Part shown: positions 25,305 through 32,000 of the stretch, piece after piece
How the letters are laid out: each line of letters opens with the position of its first letter
Numbering within the stretch: position 1 is the first letter of the stretch
Origin: Candidatus Electronema halotolerans
GTDB taxonomy: Bacteria > Desulfobacterota > Desulfobulbia > Desulfobulbales > Desulfobulbaceae
Assembly (NCBI GenBank): GCA_942493095.1
Contig: OW818675.1
Span: forward strand, 3,167,951-3,199,950
Direction of reading: 5' to 3'
Length of the DNA: 32,000 nucleotides
Position numbers and translations under genes: made by a program
The notes under the pieces: generated by a model
The model's database searches: none
What the model saw: only the letters and a program-made list of their open reading frames with translations
Told to the model about the DNA's origin: nothing

Positions 25305-25428
25305 TTCTGCTTGAGTGCAACAAAAGCGGACAACGAAATTCAACGACCATCTCAGTCCATTTTGCCGCTTCCATCGCTTCAAAGTCCATTGGAATTGCCC
25401 CCTTTCCAACTTGCATCCACACTTTCCC

Positions 25429-28400
25429 ATGCCCTACATCGCCGACCTCCACACCCATTCGCAGTACTCCCGCGCCACCAGCAAGAGCAGCACCCTGCCC
25501 GGCTTGGCGGCTTGGGCGGCAGTCAAGGGCATTGACCTTGTCGCCACTGGCGATTTCACCCATCCGGGCTGGTTCGCCCATCTGTGCGAGCATCTCGAAC
25601 CAGCAGAGCCGGGCCTGTTCCGCCTCAAACAGCCGCCCTCTGCCGCTGAATTAACTGCGCTTCTGCCGCCCGGCCTGCAAGCAGACTGCTCGCGCATCCG
25701 CTTCCTTCTCAGCGCGGAAATCAGCTCAATCTACAAGCGCGGCGGCAAGGTGCGCAAAATCCACAGCATTCTTTATGCCCCGGATTTCGAGGCCGTGCGC
25801 CGGATCAACAGCGTGCTGGCCGGCATCGGCAATCTGGAGGCCGACGGCAGGCCCATCCTCGGCTTGGACGCGGAAAAGCTGCTCGCTGTCCTCCTTGAAC
25901 AGGCTCCAGAAGGATTCCTCGTTCCCGCCCATATCTGGACCCCGTGGTTCTCCCTCTTCGGCTCCAAATCCGGCTTTGACAGCATTGAGGAATGCTTCGG
26001 CGACCTGAGCAGCGAAATTTTCGCCTTGGAAACCGGGCTTTCCTCAGACCCGGAAATGAACCGCCACATCTCGGCCTTGGACCGCTTCTCGCTCATTTCC
26101 AATTCAGACTGCCACTCGCCGAGCAAACTGGGCCGGAACTGCAATATCTTTGACACAGAACTTGATTTTTTCGCTTTGCAGCAGGCACTGCGCCAGCCGC
26201 AGGACGCAGCAGGCAGGCAGCGTTTCCAAGCCACGATTGAATTTTATCCTGAAGAGGGCAAGTACCACTGCGACGGCCATCGCAAATGCGGGGTCTGTTT
26301 TGAACCTGCCCAGACCGTGGCCGCCAAAGGCATCTGCCCGGAATGCGGCAGACCGCTGACTGTCGGGGTGCTGTATCGGGTGATGGAGTTGGCTGACCGC
26401 GAGACTGCGCTTTGGCCGACCGGCTCGCCAGCAGTTCACAGCCTGATTCCCCTGCCAGAGCTGCTCGGCGAGCTGTTCAACTGCGGCCCGGCCACCAAAA
26501 AAGTGGAAACTGCTTATGCCAAGCTGATCAATACCTTCGGCTCGGAATTCCGTCTTCTGCTGGCAACGCCGCTGCCGGAGATTGCCGTCGTTTCGCCGCT
26601 CTTGGCTGAGGCAATCAAGCGGGTGCGCGAAAAGCAAGTCATCCGCAAGCCCGGCTTTGACGGCGAATTCGGCGTGATCCGCGTTTTTGCCGAAAATGAG
26701 CAGGCAGAACTGGGCGGGCAGATGAATCTTTTTGGCCTGCGTCCGGCCAAACCCCGCGCTAAGAAAGCAGCGCAGAAGACTGTTTTCCGTAAACGCGATA
26801 CGGCGACGGCTTTACAGTCAGAAGGAAAAAAGTTGCTCAACCCGGAGCAGCAGGCAGCGGTTGCAAGTCAGGCTGCCAAGATTCTCGTGCAGGCCGGGCC
26901 GGGTACTGGCAAGACGCACACCCTTGTCCAGCGGGCTGTGCGTCTGCTGGATAACGGCCAAGGGCCGCTGGCAGTCATCACTTTCACCAACAAGGCGGCT
27001 GAGGAAATCCGCCAGCGGTTGGCTGCGGCAACAGACAATGCGCCAGTTTGGGTGGACACCTTCCACGGTTTCTGCCTGCACTGGTTGCGGCAGCATCAGC
27101 CTGAGCTTGCTTTGGTCGGGCCAGCGATGCGGCAGCGGATTTTCCTCCGCCAATATCCGCAGCTCTCCGAGCGCGAACGGAACAAGCTCCAGCGGCAGGC
27201 AGGGCTGTTTTTGGCAGAGCAGCCGGTCTTGCCGGAAAACTATGCTGAAGATGACCCGTTGCGGCCTTATTTTGCCTATCTCCGCGCACACAATTTGCTT
27301 GATCTGGACGAGGCAGTTCCGGCCTGCACCGCCCTTTTGCACGGAGACAGCGAGTTTGCCGCCGAGCTGCGGGCGGCTGTCGCGCATTTGCTCGTGGATG
27401 AATTTCAAGACCTTAATGCCGCCCAATACGAATTAGTCCGCCTCTTGGCGGAAACTGCTTCAATCTTTGCCATCGGCGACCCAGATCAGGCCATTTACGG
27501 TTTCCGGGGCGCGAATCCGGCCTGGTTCCGCCGTTTCGCCGAAGAGGAGCAGCCGGAACGCCATCATCTGACTGCCAACTACCGCAGCGGCGCAGCGATT
27601 CTGGAAGCAGCGGTGGCAGTGATTGCCAACAATTATCCACCCGATACAAAACAGAGCTTTGGCAAGGCGGCCAGCAATAAACAGGCACTGCTCTATCGTC
27701 ATGCCGCTGCCACCGCTGCTGCTGAGGCCAGATTTGTTGCCGAGCAAATTCAGCAGCTCATCGGCGGCACCTCGCACCGGGAGATTGACCGGCTGGCCGG
27801 GGCTGAAGGCGGGCTTGCCCTATCCGAGATAGCCATTCTCTGCCGCACCGCCCGGCAAATGCCGCTTATTGCCCAAGCCTTGGCCGAGCGCACCATTCCC
27901 TGTCAGGCGGTTGATCTACAGCCTTTTTATCTGAGCGGTGAAACCAAGATTCTCTATTATTGGATATTGCTGGCTGCGGAACGGATTGATCAGGCGGAAC
28001 TGCTCGTTCTTTTGGAAAACGATGAGGTCAGCAAAGAATTGCTTGCTGCGGCTGAACAGGTCTTGGCAGAACAGGAGAACAGCCGTTCACCGCTGGCGGA
28101 CTTACTGGCTGTAGATTCTTTGCCGGAATTGTTGCGGAATTGTCTCGCCAAAACGGCGGAATTTGCTGCCCAGCTTGCTCAGGAAGCACCTGTTGCTGCG
28201 GTTGACCGCATCACAGCCAATTGCGGCCTGAACAAGGATGATTCCGATAGTATCCGTTTCCGTAACATGGCTGCATCCGCCGTATCCCTGCCAGCCTTTG
28301 CCGAACATCTTCGCCGCCACGAGAACAGCGTCATCTATGATGAGCGGGCCGAGGCTGTGCTGCTTGCCACTCTCCACGCAGCCAAGGGCTTGGAGTTCAA

Positions 28401-28704
28401 GGCGGTCTTTGTCACTGGCTGCGAAGAGGGGCTGCTGCCGCTGACTCCCCGCGCCGCCCTCGACTCAGCAGCAGAGCAGGAACATCTTGCTGAGGAGCGG
28501 CGGCTCTTCTTTGTCGGCCTGACCCGCGCTGCGGAAACCCTCTATCTGTGCAGCGCAGGCGAACGGCAGGGCTTTGCCGGTATCCAACGCCAGACACCTT
28601 CCCACTTTCTTGCCGAAATTCCGGCGGAACTGCTCAACAGTCCGCTCCTGTCGAAGAAAAAATCTAAGAAAAGAAGTGCGGGCAAGCAGTTGCTGTTGTT
28701 TTAA
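25429..28704 (+). CDS. fusion protein: EndoQ-like PHP-domain nuclease with Cys4 finger (N) plus UvrD/Rep-type SF1 DNA helicase (C)
   Basis: The start is set at ATG 25429 (MPYIADLHTHSQYS); the ORF is open from GTG 25315. The N-terminal half has DLHTHS, KGIDLVATGDF, PAHIWTPWFSLFGSKSGFDSIEECF, and HCDGHRKCG...CPECGRPLTVGVLYRV. A Lys/Ala-rich linker follows. From about 26836 the helicase motifs are AGPGTGKT, ITFTNKAAEE, LLVDEFQDLN, IGDPDQAIYGFRGA, LTANYRS, TLHAAKGLEFKAVFV, RRLFFVGLTRA. Confidence 0.85.
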   Translation: MPYIADLHTHSQYSRATSKSSTLPGLAAWAAVKGIDLVATGDFTHPGWFAHLCEHLEPAEPGLFRLKQPPSAAELTALLPPGLQADCSRIRFLLSAEISSIYKRGGKVRKIHSILYAPDFEAVRRINSVLAGIGNLEADGRPILGLDAEKLLAVLLEQAPEGFLVPAHIWTPWFSLFGSKSGFDSIEECFGDLSSEIFALETGLSSDPEMNRHISALDRFSLISNSDCHSPSKLGRNCNIFDTELDFFALQQALRQPQDAAGRQRFQATIEFYPEEGKYHCDGHRKCGVCFEPAQTVAAKGICPECGRPLTVGVLYRVMELADRETALWPTGSPAVHSLIPLPELLGELFNCGPATKKVETAYAKLINTFGSEFRLLLATPLPEIAVVSPLLAEAIKRVREKQVIRKPGFDGEFGVIRVFAENEQAELGGQMNLFGLRPAKPRAKKAAQKTVFRKRDTATALQSEGKKLLNPEQQAAVASQAAKILVQAGPGTGKTHTLVQRAVRLLDNGQGPLAVITFTNKAAEEIRQRLAAATDNAPVWVDTFHGFCLHWLRQHQPELALVGPAMRQRIFLRQYPQLSERERNKLQRQAGLFLAEQPVLPENYAEDDPLRPYFAYLRAHNLLDLDEAVPACTALLHGDSEFAAELRAAVAHLLVDEFQDLNAAQYELVRLLAETASIFAIGDPDQAIYGFRGANPAWFRRFAEEEQPERHHLTANYRSGAAILEAAVAVIANNYPPDTKQSFGKAASNKQALLYRHAAATAAAEARFVAEQIQQLIGGTSHREIDRLAGAEGGLALSEIAILCRTARQMPLIAQALAERTIPCQAVDLQPFYLSGETKILYYWILLAAERIDQAELLVLLENDEVSKELLAAAEQVLAEQENSRSPLADLLAVDSLPELLRNCLAKTAEFAAQLAQEAPVAAVDRITANCGLNKDDSDSIRFRNMAASAVSLPAFAEHLRRHENSVIYDERAEAVLLATLHAAKGLEFKAVFVTGCEEGLLPLTPRAALDSAAEQEHLAEERRLFFVGLTRAAETLYLCSAGERQGFAGIQRQTPSHFLAEIPAELLNSPLLSKKKSKKRSAGKQLLLF
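25524..25579 (+). repeat. right copy of the diverged direct repeat (inside the 5' end of the intact EndoQ-helicase gene)
   Basis: See the left copy at 22000-22056. 25524-25558 is caagggcattgaccttgtcgccactggcgatttca. Confidence 0.75.
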
Positions 28705-28748
28705 TGCAGCTGTCTGCCGTCGAAGTCAATAGCTGCTCCTGTGTTTTG

Positions 28749-28757
28749 GTGCTATAA
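28749..28757 (+). promoter_or_regulatory. candidate extended -10 promoter (TGcTATAAT) for the downstream Cys-cluster gene
   Basis: tgctataat at 28749-28757 is a perfect TGnTATAAT. No good -35 is present. It lies about 100 nt upstream of ATG 28861. Confidence 0.3.
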
Positions 28758-28860
28758 TTGCATGAAGTGACGGAAGCCCGGAGTGCCGCTCTGTGCTTGA
28801 TCCATAAAAATATCCTTCAGAATTAGTCAATTACCTTTTTTTATCAACAAAGGATGCACG

Positions 28861-29634
28861 ATGGCCAATCAAGACCCTTACCGCCCAATGAGCGGCAGCG
28901 AGACCTTCACCTTTTCCTGTCATGCCGAGGTGCCCTGCTTCAACGACTGCTGCCGTCAGATTGATGTGGTGCTCACCCCGTATGATGTGCTGCGCCTGAA
29001 AAAACGGCTCAAGCTGGATTCAGCAGCCTTTCTTGAACGCTACGTGATCGTGGAATGGGAGGAGGGCATGCGTTTTCCCCACTGCTTCCTGACTATGGTT
29101 GATGACGGCAGGGCGAGCTGCGTTTTTGTCAAGGATGACGGGTGCAGCGTTTATGAGGACCGGCCCACGGTCTGCCGGGCTTATCCTGCCGGACGCGGGG
29201 CCTCGCGCCGGGTTGACGGCACAGTGACTGAGCAGTTTGTCCTTGTCCGGGAGCCGCACTGCAAGGGCTTCACCTTTGGCCCCAAGCAGACTGTGCCGGA
29301 GTATCTGCAATCGCAAGGGCTGACTGAATACAACCGCTTCAACGATCAGCTCCTTCAGCTGCTCCAGCATCCCAAGGTCCGGGCCGGTTTCCGGCCAACG
29401 CGGGCGCAGATGCAGCAGTTCATCCTTGCTCTGTACAATGTCGATATGTTCCGCCGGGAGCTGCTCGCAGGCCGGGTCAAGATGAAGCAGCCGCTCTCAC
29501 CGCTGGAGTCGCGCTCTGTCATCTCCGGTGATGACAAATCCCTGCTGATTCTTGGGGTGCGCTGGCTGGTGGAGGAGTATTTCGGTGAATACTGGAGCGG
29601 AAGCGAATACCGCAAGACCGCCTATGCGCCCTGA
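28861..29634 (+). CDS. YkgJ-family cysteine-cluster (putative Zn/Fe-chelating) protein
   Basis: 257 aa. FTFSCHAEVPCFNDCCRQIDVVLTPYDVLRLKKRL and a second cluster CVFVKDDGCSVYEDRPTVCRAYP are typical of the family. AAGGA lies upstream of the ATG. Confidence 0.8.
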   Translation: MANQDPYRPMSGSETFTFSCHAEVPCFNDCCRQIDVVLTPYDVLRLKKRLKLDSAAFLERYVIVEWEEGMRFPHCFLTMVDDGRASCVFVKDDGCSVYEDRPTVCRAYPAGRGASRRVDGTVTEQFVLVREPHCKGFTFGPKQTVPEYLQSQGLTEYNRFNDQLLQLLQHPKVRAGFRPTRAQMQQFILALYNVDMFRRELLAGRVKMKQPLSPLESRSVISGDDKSLLILGVRWLVEEYFGEYWSGSEYRKTAYAP

Positions 29635-29699
29635 TAGTCATTCCAACAGCCCTTTGACAGGCTCAGGACACGGTTGCGCCTGTCAAAGGAATAACCTGC

Positions 29700-31541
29700 T
29701 CACTCTGGCCGCAAGCTCAGGTGCTCCATAATGTAACGGCGGCGGACAGGCGTGTTCTTGCCCATGTAGAATTCCATTATCGGACGCACTTCGGCCAAAC
29801 TGTCAAGCCGCACCGGTTGCAGGCGCATTTCCGGGCCAATGAACTGCTTGAACTCTGGCGGCGAAATCTCGCCCAAGCCCTTGAAACGGGTCACTTCAGC
29901 ATTGCTGCTGCCGCTCTTCAAGCTGCGCACAGCCTCATCCTTTTCCCGCTCCGAGTAGCAGTAAATCGTCTGCTTCCTGTTCCGCACCCGGAAGATCGGG
30001 GTCTCCAAAATATAGACATGGCCCTGCCTGATGAGCAGGTCAAAATAATGAAGGAAAAAAGTCAGGAGCAGATTGCGGATATGCAGGCCATCGACATCCG
30101 CATCTGTGGCAAGAATGACTTTGTCAAAGCGGAGACCAGCAACCGACTCCTCCACATTCAGGCTCCGCATCAGGGCGTACATTTCCTCATTTTTATAGAG
30201 TAAGTCCAGCCGCTGACCAAAGACATTCATTGGCTTGCCCTTGAGCGAGAACACGGCCTGAATAAGCGGATCGCGGGAGGAGACGATTGAGCCTGCCGCA
30301 GACTGCCCTTCGGTGATGAAGAGCATGTTTTCCTCGCCCGGCTTGGACGGCTTGCCCGGCTGCGGATGATATTTGCAGTCCTTGAGCTGCGGTATTTTGA
30401 AAGCAACCTTTTTAGCCTGCGCCTTGGCCTCCTTGCGCACAGTTTGCAATTCCTTGCGCACCCGCTCATTGCGCTGGGCCTTGGCAAGCAGCAGCTCCGC
30501 TGTTTCCGGGTGCTTGTAGAGATGGGTGGCCACGGCTTCCCGCACTGCATTGACAAGCCAAGGCCGGATGTCGGTGTTGCCGAGCTTGTTCTTGGTCTGC
30601 GACTCAAAGACCGGCTCCTGCACCTTGACCGCGAGGATGCCGACCAAGCCGTCGCGCACATCTTGGCCTGTGTATTTTTTGCCGGAAAACTCGTTCACCC
30701 CCTTGAGAATGCCCTCACGGAAAGCGGAAAGATGGGTGCCGCCCTCGGATGTGTAGGTGCCATTGACAAAGGAATAATAGGTTTCAGTGTATTCCTCAGT
30801 GTGGGTGAAGACAAATTCCAAGGCGGTCTGAGCAGATTCAATGGCCGGATAAATGCCGTTGTTGTCCAATTCTTTATCCAGCATGTCGGGCAGACCTTTT
30901 TTGGAAAAGTATTCCCTGCCCGGCTCATCCGCCCAGTTCAGGCGCAGGCGAAGCCCGGCATTGAGATAGGCATACCGCCAGAGTCGCTGCTCAATATAGC
31001 TGAGATCAAAAATGAACTCAGGAAACAGCTCCTTGTCCGGCAAAAATTCCACCAAGGTGCCGTTCGGCTCGCCGCTTTCCCCTTCCTCCTCCTGCGCCAG
31101 CACACCATGAGCAAAAATCGCCTTCTTGAAGCGGCCCTCCCGGTGCGAACAGACCATGAACTGCTCAGACAGGGCATTGACCGCCTTGGTGCCCACGCCG
31201 TTCAAGCCGACCGAAAACTGGAAAACCTCGGTGTTGTATTTCGCGCCAGTGTTGATCATGGACACGCATTCCACCACCTTGCCGAGCGGAATGCCCCGGC
31301 CATAGTCGCGCACACAGCAGCGGCCCGCCGCATCAACAGCAATCTCGACCCGCTTGCCGCAGCCCATGATGAACTCATCAACTGCGTTGTCGACCACCTC
31401 TTTGAGGAGGATATAGATGCCGTCGTCTGGGTCAGAACCATTGCCAAGGCGGCCAATGTACATGCCGGGCCGCTTGCGGATGTGCTCAAGCGAACTGAGG
31501 GTTTTGATCTTGGATTCGTCGTACTGATGCTGGGCTGCCAC
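29700..31541 (-). CDS. type IIA DNA topoisomerase subunit B (short, ParE-like form)
   Basis: The ORF is open to a TTG at 31727, with no ATG before the conserved core. I place the start at GTG 31541 (MAAQHQYDESKIKTLSSLEHIRKRPGMYIG), but this is uncertain. GHKL ATPase segments are LLKEVVDNAVDE, DYGRGIP, GLNGVGTKAVNALS. The Toprim segment is LFITEGQSAAGS, followed by ILATDADVDGLHI. It lacks the long insertion of proteobacterial GyrB. Confidence 0.85.
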   Translation of the reverse strand: MAAQHQYDESKIKTLSSLEHIRKRPGMYIGRLGNGSDPDDGIYILLKEVVDNAVDEFIMGCGKRVEIAVDAAGRCCVRDYGRGIPLGKVVECVSMINTGAKYNTEVFQFSVGLNGVGTKAVNALSEQFMVCSHREGRFKKAIFAHGVLAQEEEGESGEPNGTLVEFLPDKELFPEFIFDLSYIEQRLWRYAYLNAGLRLRLNWADEPGREYFSKKGLPDMLDKELDNNGIYPAIESAQTALEFVFTHTEEYTETYYSFVNGTYTSEGGTHLSAFREGILKGVNEFSGKKYTGQDVRDGLVGILAVKVQEPVFESQTKNKLGNTDIRPWLVNAVREAVATHLYKHPETAELLLAKAQRNERVRKELQTVRKEAKAQAKKVAFKIPQLKDCKYHPQPGKPSKPGEENMLFITEGQSAAGSIVSSRDPLIQAVFSLKGKPMNVFGQRLDLLYKNEEMYALMRSLNVEESVAGLRFDKVILATDADVDGLHIRNLLLTFFLHYFDLLIRQGHVYILETPIFRVRNRKQTIYCYSEREKDEAVRSLKSGSSNAEVTRFKGLGEISPPEFKQFIGPEMRLQPVRLDSLAEVRPIMEFYMGKNTPVRRRYIMEHLSLRPE

Positions 31542-31765
31542 GGTGTCAAACTGGGATGAAGTAAGGAATGATTCGGGAAAAACTGGCCCAGTGTACCCTT
31601 TGCCGCGTGGCAAGTCAAAAGGATATAGCGGCCCGCTGACAGAGCGGTTCCTGAAAAAGAGGGCTGGCAAAAAACGAACTGGCTGGTTATCATGGTCTGA
31701 TAACAGAAAAAAACACTGCCGCTGCAAGCTGCAATTACCGCAACCCGGAGATTTTGGGAGCTTTT

Positions 31766-32000
31766 ATGAAGATCAGAAGAACACTTGCTGGCATTCTGAC
31801 CAGCCGCTATGGTGCTTTGTTATTATTTCTCGGCACCTATCTTTGCGTTTCTTGGCTGACCCGCCTTGCGCTTCTTGTTCATTCCGCCGCCAACCTTGCC
31901 TGGAATTTTAGTCTGCTGGCCGCCGCAGGCTGGGGCCTGCTTTTTGATCTGGCCGCAGGCGCGTGGCTCTCGCTGCCGCTGCTTGTGGTGCTGCTGCTCC
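31766..32000 (+). CDS. membrane protein, N-terminal part only (runs off the window)
   Basis: ATG 31766 has GGGAG 5 nt upstream. My translation gives MKIRRTLAGILTSRYGALLLFLGTYLCVSWLTRLALLVHSAANLAWNFSLLAAAGWGLLFDLAAGAWLSLPLLVVLLL, with no stop before the window end. It is hydrophobic and multi-TM. It is absent from the ORF track because it is unterminated. Confidence 0.55.
   Translation, partial: MKIRRTLAGILTSRYGALLLFLGTYLCVSWLTRLALLVHSAANLAWNFSLLAAAGWGLLFDLAAGAWLSLPLLVVLLL

Larger units (their letters stand above)
22086..25310. other. AT-rich mosaic accessory islet with TA/defence-type cargo; no integrase or transposase detected
   Basis: It is bracketed by the EndoQ 5'-end repeat. Composition visibly drops from host-like (cupin) through intermediate (xisHI, vapBC) to very AT-rich (24240-25304). 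It contains gene remnants. The last two genes lack SD sequences. Confidence 0.5.

Noticed and set aside
22086-25310. Search for an integrase, transposase, IS ends or a tRNA target in or next to the islet
   Set aside because: No ORF in any frame shows recombinase or transposase hallmarks, no terminal inverted repeats were spotted, and no tRNA-like sequence lies nearby. The islet is therefore not called a mobile element proper.
25315-25428. GTG-initiated 38-codon extension of the EndoQ-helicase ORF
   Set aside because: The PHP domain classically begins within a few residues of the N-terminus (MPYIADLHTH). The extension is unconserved-looking and starts right at the compositional breakpoint.
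28705-28745. gcagct...agctgc hairpin after the helicase gene
   Set aside because: It has only a 6-bp stem with a ~19-nt loop. It is followed by a short T-run but is not convincing as a terminator.
30366-31559. 397-aa plus-strand ORF
   Set aside because: It is antisense to the topoisomerase B-subunit gene and is a shadow ORF.
1-32000. CRISPR arrays, rRNA/tRNA genes, long tandem repeats
   Set aside because: Reading through the intergenic regions revealed no regularly spaced direct repeats and no cloverleaf-type or rRNA-like segments. Absence is judged by eye only.

Overview
This is a chromosomal window, mid to upper 50s %GC by eye. Its gene content suggests a sulfate/sulfur-respiring Desulfobacterota-type genome (inference). 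All family calls rest on motifs read from the translations, because no searches could be run.

Positions 1-21.6 kb are mostly housekeeping:
- the tail of a surface-repeat protein and a flavodoxin-like gene;
- an RsbRD-N gene plus dsrMKJ, closed by a strong terminator, with no dsrOP following;
- a Prc-like S41 protease, a DUF1015 gene and a start-less thrombospondin-type-3 repeat remnant;
- a GldA / GldF-GldG-fusion / DUF4340 ABC cluster;
- an ArsB/NhaD-type permease, a TPR protein and folK;
- two adjacent genes that look like the two halves of RdgC, then ribF;
- a minus-strand cluster of a two-CW cysteine-rich protein, a small periplasmic protein and a porin.

Positions 21.9-25.6 kb are the accessory part. 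A decayed 5' fragment of an EndoQ-like gene (21917-22085) and the intact gene's 5' end (from 25429) form a diverged direct repeat. The repeat brackets about 3.3 kb of progressively AT-richer cargo:
- a cupin gene, XisH/XisI, VapB-like/VapC, and a truncated HigA-like HTH remnant;
- a very AT-rich pair made of a small HEPN (R-x4-H) protein and a coiled-coil/4-TM protein.
No integrase or transposase was seen.

The islet abuts a 1091-aa single-polypeptide fusion of an EndoQ-like PHP nuclease (with a Cys4 finger) and a complete UvrD/Rep SF1 helicase. The fusion and the HEPN+TM pair are my best candidates for an undescribed repair or defence system.

The right end holds a YkgJ-type Cys-cluster protein, a ParE-like type IIA topoisomerase B subunit and the start of a membrane protein. 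No rRNA, tRNA or CRISPR array was recognised.
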